DNA of 64,000 nt from Roseobacter sp. (GTDB lineage Bacteria > Pseudomonadota > Alphaproteobacteria > Rhodobacterales > Rhodobacteraceae), in the NCBI RefSeq assembly GCF_045106495.1, contig NZ_JBGCEQ010000031.1:54727-118726 (forward strand), written 5' to 3'. The position numbers and the translations under genes were made by a program. The notes beneath the pieces are model-generated. The model was not told the DNA's origin and searched no databases. It was given only the letters and a program-made list of their open reading frames with translations. Each line of letters begins with the position of its first letter. Within the stretch, counting starts at the first letter, position 1. Of the stretch, positions 8,540 through 20,356 are shown piece after piece.

Positions 8540-9877
8540 ATGCTATCACTCAAAACGATCCTGACGGGAGCCGCGGTTTCTGTCTCCTGCGCAGGCATGA
8601 CGCTTGCAGACGGTCACGGCGGGCCTTATGCGCCCTACGCGGGCACCACGCTTGTGATCAACGTCCCGGCACATCCGCACTACAATGCGATGATGAAAGT
8701 GCTGCCGGAGTTCACCAAAGAAACCGGCATTGAGGTCGAAGTGGACCAGTTGCAGTACCTTAAGATGCGCGAGCGCCAGACCTTGGAGCTGACCAAGGAT
8801 GAAGGCGATTATGACATGATTGCCTATGTGGTTTTCTCAAAAGCGGATTATGTCTTTGCCGACCAGTTGGAAAACCTTGCGCGTTTTTTCATGAATCCGA
8901 AACTGGCAGATCCCGCTTATGATGCGGAAGATCTGATTGACGGTTATGTGGCCAACATCGGAATTGCTGGTGGTAAGAAAGGCTACCTGCCGGGCGCCAC
9001 GGGCTCTCTGTTTGGCATTCCGTTCGGGTCAGAGACCTCGGTCTTGGCCTATCGTAAGGATGTCTTTGAAAAGCACGGTATTGCCACGCCGGAAACCTAT
9101 GACCAGCTTCTTGACGCGGCCTGCAAAATCCCGGAACTGGAACCAGGAATGGGTGGCATGGCGTCGCGGGCAGCCTCCGGCCACCAAGCCAGCCACGCGT
9201 TCCTGTTGCACCTGGCGCCACTGGGCGGGCGTGTATTTGACGACGCATGGGAGCCAATCATCAACAATGAGGCGGGTGTCGCCGCAGCCAACGCGCTGAA
9301 AACCATCGTTGATTGCGGACCCGAAGGCTCACAGACATTTGGTCCAGCCGAAGCTGCTGCAGCCTTCAGCCAAGGCCAGGCCGCCATGTTCATGGACTCT
9401 ATTGCCTTTGCAGCAGGATTTGAGGATCCGAGTAAGTCAAAAGTGGCAGGTAACGTTGGTTATGCCCTGCATCCGGAAGGGGTGCGTCGCGGATCGCAAA
9501 CAGGCGGATTTGGTATAGCCATCCCTAGGAATGCGGAAAACAAGGAAGCCGCATTCCTCTTGATGCAATGGCTGACCTCGAAAAAGGGCGATCTGATGGT
9601 TGCCATGGCAGGCGGCAACCCGTCGCGGTTCTCTACGTATGAGAATGCCGAGTTGAATGCGAAATACCCATATTCCGCAACCTTCGGTGAAGCTCTCAAA
9701 CACGCAGACCCTGACTGGCGTCCAATCATCCCGACATGGGGAAAGATCAACGCGGACATCGGTACAACCATGAGCCAGGTTCTGACTGAGGGGCTGGACC
9801 CGCAGGAAGCTTTGGATGGTGTGGCCGAGCGTGCAAAAGCCATCATGGATGAAGCCGGCTACTACACCTGGCAGTAA
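8540..9877 (+). CDS. ABC transporter extracellular solute-binding protein (family 1, sugar-type)
   Basis: 445 aa with an N-terminal signal peptide (MLSLKTILTGAAVSVSCAGMTLA). Its position in the ABC operon supports the call. Confidence 0.9.
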   Translation: MLSLKTILTGAAVSVSCAGMTLADGHGGPYAPYAGTTLVINVPAHPHYNAMMKVLPEFTKETGIEVEVDQLQYLKMRERQTLELTKDEGDYDMIAYVVFSKADYVFADQLENLARFFMNPKLADPAYDAEDLIDGYVANIGIAGGKKGYLPGATGSLFGIPFGSETSVLAYRKDVFEKHGIATPETYDQLLDAACKIPELEPGMGGMASRAASGHQASHAFLLHLAPLGGRVFDDAWEPIINNEAGVAAANALKTIVDCGPEGSQTFGPAEAAAAFSQGQAAMFMDSIAFAAGFEDPSKSKVAGNVGYALHPEGVRRGSQTGGFGIAIPRNAENKEAAFLLMQWLTSKKGDLMVAMAGGNPSRFSTYENAELNAKYPYSATFGEALKHADPDWRPIIPTWGKINADIGTTMSQVLTEGLDPQEALDGVAERAKAIMDEAGYYTWQ

Positions 9878-9910
9878 GCGTTCCGGATCAAACACGGGTC
9901 GGGCGGCAAG

Positions 9911-10867
9911 ATGTCGCCCGATGCCCTAAAACCCTTGGACACCAGAGTTATGCAAAGCGCGAACGTCAATCGGCTCACGCCCTATCTGTTCCTTGCTCCT
10001 GCGGCCATCATCATGGCAATCGCACTGCTCTACCCCATCGGTTACATGGTCTATGCCAGTTTTCTTGACTGGAACCCGAGCCAGCGGATCGGTGAGGCGG
10101 AGTTTGTTGGTCTGCGGAACTACGCCAACCTGCTCGGCGACGCGAGCTTTCTGGAAAGCTTCTGGGTCACAATCAAATTTGCCGCCGTCGTTGTGACGCT
10201 CGAAATGCTGCTCGGTGTTGGCCTTGCTTTGCTGCTCGACCGCAACATCCGGGGCATGTCTCTATTGCGCACATTGTTCATCCTGCCAATGATGATCGCG
10301 CCCATCGTCGTTGGTCTGATGTGGCGTTATATGTACCACCCGACCGTCGGCATTTTTAACCGCACGCTGAAGTCCATGGGGCTTGAGCCAGTGCCTTGGC
10401 TTTCGAACGGCGATTGGGCTTTTGCCTCTGTTGTGATTGCAGATGTGTGGCAGTGGACGCCCTTTATTTTCATTCTCTCACTTGCCGCCCTGCAATCGTT
10501 GCCCCAATCGGCGATGGAAGCTTCACGCATTGACGGGGCAACAGGTTGGCAGCAGGTGATCTACATCAAGCTGCCTTTGATGCTGCCGGTCCTGATCGTG
10601 ACGCTGCTCTTACGCCTGATTGACGCCTTCAAAGTGCTCGAAGTCATCCTCGTATTGACCAACGGTGGCCCGGGGCTGTCCACGGAAATCCTGTCGCTGC
10701 GCATTTCGCGAACGGCTTCCGAATTCCGAGAGTTGGGAGAGGCTGCAGCAATGTCAAACTACCTGCTGATCCTGCTCATGCTGCTGACCTTCGGGATGTT
10801 CTTTTACAACAAAGCCATGGAACTCCGCGCTGCACGCTTGCGCAAAGCAGCCGAGGAGGACCTCTGA
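9911..10867 (+). CDS. ABC transporter permease (MalF/UgpA-like)
   Basis: Multi-TM ORF with an EAA-type loop (…EASRIDGATGWQ…). The start could instead be ATG 9950. Confidence 0.9.
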   Translation: MSPDALKPLDTRVMQSANVNRLTPYLFLAPAAIIMAIALLYPIGYMVYASFLDWNPSQRIGEAEFVGLRNYANLLGDASFLESFWVTIKFAAVVVTLEMLLGVGLALLLDRNIRGMSLLRTLFILPMMIAPIVVGLMWRYMYHPTVGIFNRTLKSMGLEPVPWLSNGDWAFASVVIADVWQWTPFIFILSLAALQSLPQSAMEASRIDGATGWQQVIYIKLPLMLPVLIVTLLLRLIDAFKVLEVILVLTNGGPGLSTEILSLRISRTASEFRELGEAAAMSNYLLILLMLLTFGMFFYNKAMELRAARLRKAAEEDL

Positions 10868-11739
10868 TGTCTGATAAAACTTTCGAACGCCAGAACCCGG
10901 CATTTTATGCGCTTCTTGTCGCGTTGGTGGTGATGTCGGTAGGCCCGATCGTGATGATGCTAAGCACATCGCTCAAACTGAATGTCGACATCATGTCCGA
11001 CGCCTCATCGTTGTTTTTCATGCCGACACTACGCAACTATGAAACCGCGCTTTGCGACTTTCTGTGGTATGAGGCGCCGCATATTGACTATTGCGACAAG
11101 ACCTTTGGCCGCGCGCTGGTCAACTCACTGATAATTGCTCTTGTGTCGACCGTTCTGACGCTGGTGATTGGCTGTATGGCGGCCTACGCACTGGTAAGGT
11201 TCCGGTTCATGGGGCGCGATTCCGTGTCACTGGCAACCTTGGCGATGCGCATGGTTCCTCCTGCAGTTTTGCTGGTACCCGTTTTCGGTATTTGGACCTT
11301 CCAGTTCCAGATCGATGGTACGCGTGCCGGGATTATTCTTGTCTATGTCGCGATGAACTTGCCGTTTGTGATCTGGATTTTGCAGAGTTTTATTGTGCAG
11401 GTTCCGATCCAGCTGGAAGAGGCCGCGCGCATGGACGGCGCCGGGCCGTTTCAGGTATTTTTCCTGGTTGTACTGCCTTTGATCAAACCTGGGCTTGCAG
11501 CCGCTGCGATTTTCACTTTTCGAGTGGCCTGGAACGAATTCTTGCTGGCCAACGCGCTGGCAGATCGAAATTCCCGCACGGTGCCCGTCACCATTGTGAA
11601 TTCCATGACGGAGTTTGACATCGACTGGGGGGTGATCATGGCAACAGGCATGTTGCTGGCCATTCCACCGATCATATTCACGTTTGTCGCATCGCGCCAG
11701 ATTATCACTGGTATGACCGCAGGAGCGGTCAAAGGCTGA
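10867..11739 (+). CDS. ABC transporter permease (MalG/UgpE-like)
   Basis: Multi-TM ORF with an EAA loop (…EEAARMDGAGPFQVF…). Its start overlaps the stop of the previous gene. Confidence 0.9.
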   Translation: MSDKTFERQNPAFYALLVALVVMSVGPIVMMLSTSLKLNVDIMSDASSLFFMPTLRNYETALCDFLWYEAPHIDYCDKTFGRALVNSLIIALVSTVLTLVIGCMAAYALVRFRFMGRDSVSLATLAMRMVPPAVLLVPVFGIWTFQFQIDGTRAGIILVYVAMNLPFVIWILQSFIVQVPIQLEEAARMDGAGPFQVFFLVVLPLIKPGLAAAAIFTFRVAWNEFLLANALADRNSRTVPVTIVNSMTEFDIDWGVIMATGMLLAIPPIIFTFVASRQIITGMTAGAVKG

Positions 11740-12476
11740 TGTTGAGTTGGCTGCTTGCTCCGATGGACGTAGCGAGCGCGCATGACGTGGGATGGCATCT
11801 AAGCTGGCACGCGCGGATCATGGTGCTGGCGTGGGGTGTTCTCGCACCTCTCGGCGTTCTCATCGCCCGTTTCTTCAAGATCATGCCAGGGCAGGATTGG
11901 CCGCGCAGGCTTGATCACAATTTTTGGTGGAACACACACCGGTTTTGTCAGTACAGCGCTTGTGTTCTGATGGTGATTGGCGCGGTGATCATCTGGAACG
12001 CACCCGCCCTGACCATCAAGCCGGGGCCACATGCTTACTTCGGCTGGACCATTCTTTCACTCGCGGTCGTACAGATTTGCGGGGGCATCTTGCGCGGTAC
12101 AAAAGGCGGGCCAACAGCACCGGCGCCAGATGGCACGCTGCGCGGCGATCATTTTGACATGACGCCCCGGCGGTTGGCCTTCGAATATGTCCACAAGGTG
12201 GCCGGTTACCTAGCTCTGGCTGTGTCAGTCGTCGCAATTCTGACCGGCCTGTGGCAAGCCAATGCACCGAATTGGATGTGGTTGAGCCTGTTGATCTGGT
12301 GGTCAGGCTTGACAGTTTCAGGTGTATTTATGCAAACCCGAGGCATGGCCGTGGATACCTATCAGGCGATTTGGGGCCCTGACCCTGCATTGCCAGGCAA
12401 TCAACGCAAACCCATCGGAATTGGTGTGTCGCGCCGCGCGGATATGGTGTCAGATGTCGGCCCCGATGGCTCTTAA
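11739..12476 (+). CDS. membrane protein with cytochrome b561-like four-His core (putative di-haem)
   Basis: 245 aa with about 5 TM helices. His24, His67, His98 and His152 each sit at or in four consecutive helices. The start overlaps the permease stop (TGATG). Confidence 0.45.
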   Translation: MLSWLLAPMDVASAHDVGWHLSWHARIMVLAWGVLAPLGVLIARFFKIMPGQDWPRRLDHNFWWNTHRFCQYSACVLMVIGAVIIWNAPALTIKPGPHAYFGWTILSLAVVQICGGILRGTKGGPTAPAPDGTLRGDHFDMTPRRLAFEYVHKVAGYLALAVSVVAILTGLWQANAPNWMWLSLLIWWSGLTVSGVFMQTRGMAVDTYQAIWGPDPALPGNQRKPIGIGVSRRADMVSDVGPDGS

Positions 12477-12866
12477 GGCGGCCGTTGCTACGGTAACATC
12501 CTGATCGCCTGTACCAGAGCCAATCCCAATACCACCCACACACTCGCCACTAACTAATATGGGCAACCCGCCGGGCAAACCGGTCATATGGCCTTCTGTA
12601 GCCATACCAATCGACTGACGAACTGCATCTGGAATGGTTGTGGTGGCTGCGCGGATCGAAGCAGCGGTCAGAGCTTTATTGTGCGCACTTTTGCGGCTGA
12701 GAAACTTTGCGCCTGTCATTCGGATCTCACCCAGAACTTCACCACTGGCATCCACGATCACGATACACTGCGGTTGCCCTTGGCTTTGTGCTTCGGCGAT
12801 GGCCGCAGACAGCATCGTCATTACGGCCTCGTGCGTGAGTATTTTTGACGGCTGGATAAATGACAT
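12450..12866 (-). CDS. GlcG/HbpS-like (DUF336) haem-binding-type protein
   Basis: 138 aa from ATG 12866, with …VIVDASGEVLG… and …GGLPILVSGECVGGIGIGSGTGDQD… typical of GlcG. Confidence 0.85.
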   Translation of the reverse strand: MSFIQPSKILTHEAVMTMLSAAIAEAQSQGQPQCIVIVDASGEVLGEIRMTGAKFLSRKSAHNKALTAASIRAATTTIPDAVRQSIGMATEGHMTGLPGGLPILVSGECVGGIGIGSGTGDQDVTVATAALRAIGADI

Positions 12867-13060
12867 GACTTCAAGCTCCCGGAGCGGCATTGGTTCGACC
12901 GACATTGTGGAGGAGTTTGACGCAGGTAGGAAGAGCCCGCGCAGTGATCATCCCATGACGGAACTATCCAAAGTTGGCGATTTGCCAATTCAATCGTAGC
13001 ATGTCTCAAAGAAGCGGGGCCGGGCAATGCATTCGGACCTTGTGTACAGGGGGAAGTTCG

Positions 13061-14434
13061 ATGCCGTCTTATCGCCATTTGAGTAAACGCCATCCGGCTG
13101 GTTCGGACGCAGAGATTTTGCGCAAGCGCACGATTTCAGGGTTGCGGCGACTGCGCACAGCACTTTCCGCTCATTTTCCGCAAGACATCGACAGGATGAC
13201 AACGGTTCGAATAGGCACCTGGAACATCCGCGAGTTTGGTAACACCAAGTACGGCGGCAGAGACACCTACGAGCCGCTTTACTATATGGCGGAGATTGTA
13301 TCCAATTTCGACATTGTTGCCATTCAGGAAGTGCGGGGCAACATGAGTGAATTCCTCGATCTGCTGGAAATCCTGGGACCAGCCTGGGACTATCTGGCCA
13401 CAGATGTCACCGATGGGCGTGCTGGAAACGGTGAACGCATGGTCTTTGCGTTTAATCGCAATCGAGTGCGTTTCAGAAACATTGCGGGTGAACTGACTTT
13501 ACCGGATGGCAAAAAAATATTGGCCAGCTTTGGGGAGCGAATCCGGCTGGAAAACGGCATAGCGCTAGAGTTGCCCGATGGCACAGATCTTTCAGGTGTT
13601 TACAGGGCGCGGAGCGACAAGAAGAGCAGCGGTGCCGTTAAGCTCGCCGAGGATGTTGATATTGCCTTGCCAGCTGGCACCCGGCTCAATCTGCCCGACG
13701 GTAGCGCGCTTGCGGTAACCAGAGGGACCGAAGTAACACGACCGCCCGGCACCAGGGGCCAAGTCACGTTAGATGTGCCGCAAGGCGAAGTTGTTGGGGA
13801 AAGTTTTCGACTACGGTTTCCCGGCGCTGCCCTCGACCAAAGCTTCAAACAATTCGCGCGGACGCCTTACTTGGTAAGTTTCCAGGCGGGATGGCTCAAG
13901 ATTGATCTGGCGACCGTGCATATCTATTTTGGCGATAATTCAGACGAGAAATTGCTAGAGCAACGCAAACGGGAGATCGCTGGCCTGACCGAAGCGCTGG
14001 GCAAGCGAGCGGCCAAAGACATGTCAGACAATCCCGAAAGCTCTGTGTTAACGGCCGTACTGGGGGACTTCAACATACTCAGTGCAAAACATGAGACGAT
14101 GCAGGCGCTGGAAGCCAATGGCTTCGAGGTCCCGGAACAGATACGCGCCATTCCCGGGTCTAATGTCGATAAAGACAAAGCCTATGATCAGATCGCGTTT
14201 TGGGAGCCGAAACGCGCGCGGGGTTACACGCGTTTTGAAGTGCGGGGCGCGAATGTTTTCGACTTTTATGAACATGTTTATCGGCTGGATGAGCGCACCA
14301 CTTACCAGCCGGACCGAAGCGAAGGGTCATATAAGACATGGAGAACCTACAAGATGAGTGACCATCTGCCTATGTGGGTTGAATTGACCAGCGACTTTTC
14401 AGATGCGTTTATCGAAGCATGTGACGCGTCCTAG
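13061..14434 (+). CDS. endonuclease/exonuclease/phosphatase (EEP, DNase-I fold) family protein with internal repeat insertion
   Basis: EEP strands and motifs are present (…VRIGTWNIREFG…, …DIVAIQEV…, …GDFN…, C-terminal …SDHLPMWVEL…). The ATG at 13061 is preceded by AGGGGGAAG. A roughly 110-aa insert carries five L/V-P-x-G repeats. Confidence 0.8.
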   Translation: MPSYRHLSKRHPAGSDAEILRKRTISGLRRLRTALSAHFPQDIDRMTTVRIGTWNIREFGNTKYGGRDTYEPLYYMAEIVSNFDIVAIQEVRGNMSEFLDLLEILGPAWDYLATDVTDGRAGNGERMVFAFNRNRVRFRNIAGELTLPDGKKILASFGERIRLENGIALELPDGTDLSGVYRARSDKKSSGAVKLAEDVDIALPAGTRLNLPDGSALAVTRGTEVTRPPGTRGQVTLDVPQGEVVGESFRLRFPGAALDQSFKQFARTPYLVSFQAGWLKIDLATVHIYFGDNSDEKLLEQRKREIAGLTEALGKRAAKDMSDNPESSVLTAVLGDFNILSAKHETMQALEANGFEVPEQIRAIPGSNVDKDKAYDQIAFWEPKRARGYTRFEVRGANVFDFYEHVYRLDERTTYQPDRSEGSYKTWRTYKMSDHLPMWVELTSDFSDAFIEACDAS

Positions 14435-14772
14435 CCGATTTTGGCGGTAATTCAGAATCTCGGAAGCGATTTTTTCCGCAAACCAAATCTGATCTCTGAT
14501 GCATCGGAATCTCCAGTTTTTTTTTAACTTTGCTTTGATCATCGCAATCTGCAAACCAATCGTGGTGAAGGGCTAGCGTCCCCAATTGGAATGGAACAAA
14601 GGAAGGCGAAATTTTGGCGCTTTCACTTGGTGTTGAACCATTTGTCAGCAACATAGCCAAGTGACTCTTGCCAGCTTATTGACCATCTGGAGCTTGTGGA
14701 AAAATCGGTCTTTCAATCAATGAGAATTTTTTGCTAACAATAGATCATCTCTGAGTACGTGGAGGAACAGCA

Positions 14773-15201
14773 TTGGCAAAGTTGTTGATGATGGAAGACG
14801 ATGTTGTTTTCAGCTTCCGATTGAAGAACATGTTGAAATCAGCCGGGCATCAGGTCGAAGTTCGAAGTTCTGCGACGGATGCCATCGAAGAACTATTGAA
14901 TGAATCCTACGATGTCCTGATCTCCGATGTCATCATCCGCGAAGACGGCAAACTTGTTCCAGATGGCGGCATAAAACTGGTTTCCTGGGTGCGCAACCAT
15001 GAGGAGATGAAAACACTTCCAATCATTGTGATCACTGGATCTCATAAATATCAAGGAATGCAACACATCCTGACCACTGCCAGGCAAATCGGCGCGAATG
15101 CTGGTTTGGAAAAACCATTTGATGATGATGAAATTTTGTCTCTGATCAGTCGACTGTCCGAAACCACTGCGAACGCGCTTCACAAAAATGCGCTTCGATA
15201 G
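14773..15201 (+). CDS. stand-alone response-regulator receiver (CheY-like)
   Basis: REC signature: acidic EDD near the N-terminus, phospho-acceptor …LISDV…, …VITGS…, and …LEKPF…. The TTG start follows GGAGGA. There is no output domain and no kinase nearby. Confidence 0.8.
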   Translation: MAKLLMMEDDVVFSFRLKNMLKSAGHQVEVRSSATDAIEELLNESYDVLISDVIIREDGKLVPDGGIKLVSWVRNHEEMKTLPIIVITGSHKYQGMQHILTTARQIGANAGLEKPFDDDEILSLISRLSETTANALHKNALR

Positions 15202-15423
15202 TGTTGTCGGTAAAAAAGTGCTCGCATTTGCTCGGCGGCCCCAATTCGCAATAGCTTGGTCTCAATGATGCGGCGCGATACTGTTCCATATCTCACATTC
15301 CAACAGATTGGGCGACCAGCAGTATGTCTATTTCTTCTTGGCTTGCGCGAATAAAAACCTTCAATACCGGCTTTCACCGCGATCGAATTGGGCGCTTTGT
15401 AGCAATGCCAGGCGCCGAACGGA

Positions 15424-16419
15424 TCACACGGCAGCTGTCTCGCTCAATTTGGCGCGGTCATGTGGTTCGGCGTAGTCAATAACGGGTCCAATGGGTACAA
15501 CACGTGTCGGGTTCACTGTTTCATGGCTGCCATAGTAGTGCTTTTTTATGTAGGGTATATCGACTGTCTGAGCCACGCCGGGATGCTGGAAAAGGTCGCG
15601 CAGATAGCCTGATAAATGCAGGTAGTCCGCGATGCGTTTCATGTTGCATTTGAAGTGGCTTACATAAACTGGATCGAACCGAACAAGCGTTGTGAACAAG
15701 CGCCAATCGGCTTCCGTTGGCTTTGATCCCATTATGTAGCGCCGGTTTGCCAAGCGCTCTTCGAGCCAATCAAGTGTCGCAAAAAGAGGCACAACGGCCT
15801 CCTCATAAGCGTCTTGTGTGGTGGCAAAGCCTGCCTTGTATACGCCATTGTTGACCGTGTCATAAATTCGGTCGTTTACGGCATCTATTTCGGCGCGTTC
15901 AGGTTCCGGGTAGTAGTCACCTGGATTGGCCCCGATCTCGTCAAACGCTGTGTTGAACATGCGAATGATCTCGGCTGACTCGTTCGATACGATTGATTTG
16001 GTTGTCTTGTCCCACAATACCGGCACGGTGACGCGCCCGGAATACAGCGGATCGGCTTTGGTGTAGACTTGATGAAGGAAGGCAGAACCATGCAGGTGGT
16101 CAACGGTGGCTCCATCACCTGGCGCAAACGTCCAGCCGTTTTCGCCCATGAGCCAATGCACGTTCGACACATCGATCATCGCTTCCAGCCCTTTTAGGGT
16201 GCGGAAAATCAAGGTGCGATGAGCCCACGGGCATGCCAGCGAAACATAGAGATGATACCGTCCGGCTTCCGCCTTAAAACCACCTTGCCCACTGGGCCCT
16301 GGTGCCCCGTCTGCAGTCACCCAATTGCGGAACTGCGATGGCTTGCGGACAAACCGACCGCGGCTTGACTTTGTTTCATACCATTTGTCGACCCATTTGC
16401 CATCCTGAAGAAGTCCCAT
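15424..16419 (-). CDS. yqjG: glutathionyl-hydroquinone reductase (Xi-class GST, YqjG/ECM4 family)
   Basis: Diagnostic …YHLYVSLACPWAHRTLI… Cys-Pro-Trp-Ala motif. The start is taken at the internal ATG 16419 (MGLLQDGKWVD…). Confidence 0.9.
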   Translation of the reverse strand: MGLLQDGKWVDKWYETKSSRGRFVRKPSQFRNWVTADGAPGPSGQGGFKAEAGRYHLYVSLACPWAHRTLIFRTLKGLEAMIDVSNVHWLMGENGWTFAPGDGATVDHLHGSAFLHQVYTKADPLYSGRVTVPVLWDKTTKSIVSNESAEIIRMFNTAFDEIGANPGDYYPEPERAEIDAVNDRIYDTVNNGVYKAGFATTQDAYEEAVVPLFATLDWLEERLANRRYIMGSKPTEADWRLFTTLVRFDPVYVSHFKCNMKRIADYLHLSGYLRDLFQHPGVAQTVDIPYIKKHYYGSHETVNPTRVVPIGPVIDYAEPHDRAKLSETAAV

Positions 16420-16632
16420 GATCCGATCTCCGTTATTGGTGAGCCGCAAACTGGCGATCACATCTTCGCGCATGTCCGTCGATTTTGCCGCCGTGATCGC
16501 GCGTGCGCTGGCAATGATCGGAACACGGGGAGTGTTGCTCGAAAGATCTGGAAGCTCAAGGCTAACATCCAATGTAAAGCGCCCGGGTATCTACCGAATG
16601 CGAGGGCGCTTCCTAGACCTTCCGAACTTGGA

Positions 16633-17547
16633 TCAAGTTTGATGCAATTGCGCGATTTTTTCATGTCCTGTCTGGCGGACAATTGCCGCAAGCTCCATGA
16701 GTTGTTTTTCCAAGGGGTTCGTTTTGCGCCAGAGCATACCGATTTGGCGTTTCGGTTTGTTGGACGTAAAGCGCGCTATCGAAACCGGAGCATTATGTGT
16801 TTCCAGTGCAACCGCAATCTCCGGGATCAAAGTTAGTCCGAGGCCCGCACTTACCATTTGGACCAACGTTGAGAGCGACGAACCTTCCATCACCAGGCTT
16901 GGATCAGAAGGGAGCACGTTGCAGAAAGACAGCGCCTGATCGCGGAAACAATGACCTTCCTCTAAAAGTAATAGCTTCATGTGTTGCAACCGGTCCGGGC
17001 TCGGAATAGGTAAGTCTGCATCCTTTTGCGACCTGACGAGCACGAATTCCTCCTCGAAGAGCGCAAACTCGCGCAAAGAGGGTTCCGAGATTGGCAAGGC
17101 TGCAATGATAAAATCAAGGCGCGATTGCAACAGGTCTTCAACAAGGGAACGGGTCACAGTCTCGCGGGGCATAAGCTCCAATGCGGGTAAGTGGTCTGAC
17201 AGTCTTTGGATAATGGTCGGCAATAGGTAGGGCGCTACCGTCGGAATAACGCCCATTCGCAAACTGCCTTTGAGAGGCCCGTCGGAGGAGCGCGCAAGCT
17301 CCGAGATTTCCTCGACATCAGCGAGGACTTTGCGCGCTCGCAGCAAGAACTCCTGCCCAAGAGTTGTCAGCCGGATCTGGCGCGCCGTGCGTTCGACCAA
17401 CGGCGCGCCGAGCAAACCTTCCAATTCTTTGATTTGCACGGATAAGGCCGGTTGAGAGATTGCACAATCCTCTGCCGCTCGACCAAAGTGTCCCATGCGC
17501 GCTAAAGCGTCGAAGTATCGGAAGTGTTTAAGCGTGAAGTTTATCAT
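16633..17547 (-). CDS. oxyR: LysR family peroxide-sensing regulator OxyR
   Basis: LysR HTH at the N-terminus. An OxyR-type redox pair context is present (…LLLEEGHCFRDQALSFC…). It is divergent from katG. Confidence 0.85.
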   Translation of the reverse strand: MINFTLKHFRYFDALARMGHFGRAAEDCAISQPALSVQIKELEGLLGAPLVERTARQIRLTTLGQEFLLRARKVLADVEEISELARSSDGPLKGSLRMGVIPTVAPYLLPTIIQRLSDHLPALELMPRETVTRSLVEDLLQSRLDFIIAALPISEPSLREFALFEEEFVLVRSQKDADLPIPSPDRLQHMKLLLLEEGHCFRDQALSFCNVLPSDPSLVMEGSSLSTLVQMVSAGLGLTLIPEIAVALETHNAPVSIARFTSNKPKRQIGMLWRKTNPLEKQLMELAAIVRQTGHEKIAQLHQT

Positions 17548-17549
17548 AA

Positions 17550-19832
<2,283 letters not shown>

Positions 19833-19839
19833 AAAGTTT

Positions 19840-19876
19840 GGTGCGGGCTGCCATCATCGTAGCCCGCACCATTTTT
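19840..19876 (+). terminator. rho-independent terminator after katG
   Basis: GGTGCGGGCT (19840-49) pairs with AGCCCGCACC (19861-70). It is followed by ATTTTT. Confidence 0.75.
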
Positions 19877-19939
19877 CCAGACACGTATCCTGGTGCTTTT
19901 TGAAAACCATCCAGCGTCCCATTTGAAAAGGGGAACCCA

Positions 19940-20305
19940 ATGCAGCCGGAAGCGGAACGAAATACGCAACAGGCGCTTCTTCGTGGCTTTATGCTGAAAT
20001 GCCCCTCTTGCGGGACGGGAAAGTCGATCCACAGATATCTGAAGGTCAAAGATCGCTGTGATCACTGCGGTCTTGAACTGCATCACGCAAGTGTGGACGA
20101 CGGGCCTGCATATTTTACTCTGATGATCGTGGTGGCGCTTCTTTTCCCCCTGCTGGCGGTCATCTATACCCAATTTGATCCAGAGCCGCTTGGGGTAGCG
20201 ATTTCACTGATGTCTTTTGCAACAGCGTTAGCCCTTTGGTTTTTACCTCGTGTCAAAGGCATGTTCATCGGCTTGCAATGGGCCAATCGGCTCTACGGTT
20301 TTTGA
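19940..20305 (+). CDS. DUF983 family small membrane protein with zinc-ribbon
   Basis: 121 aa with CPSCG…CDHCG followed by two TM helices, the typical DUF983 layout. Confidence 0.75.
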   Translation: MQPEAERNTQQALLRGFMLKCPSCGTGKSIHRYLKVKDRCDHCGLELHHASVDDGPAYFTLMIVVALLFPLLAVIYTQFDPEPLGVAISLMSFATALALWFLPRVKGMFIGLQWANRLYGF

Positions 20306-20356
20306 GGTCATAGGGTATCGCAGTCCCTTGTTGAAAGCGTCTTCCCTTCCAATTTG

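Noticed and set aside
14517-14525. A T9 homopolymer, and a G8 run at 7412-7419, as phase-variation tracts.
   Set aside because: Both lie in non-coding leaders rather than inside reading frames, and there is no evidence of contingency-locus organisation. Only the A9 run at 60993-61001 sits at a frame junction.
12974-15201. The EEP nuclease-like gene plus the orphan receiver as a two-gene anti-phage defence system.
   Set aside because: There are no typical partner genes (ATPase, helicase, methylase, TIR/SIR2 and so on) and no mobile-element context. The two genes are separated by 340 bp. The idea is kept only as individual observations.
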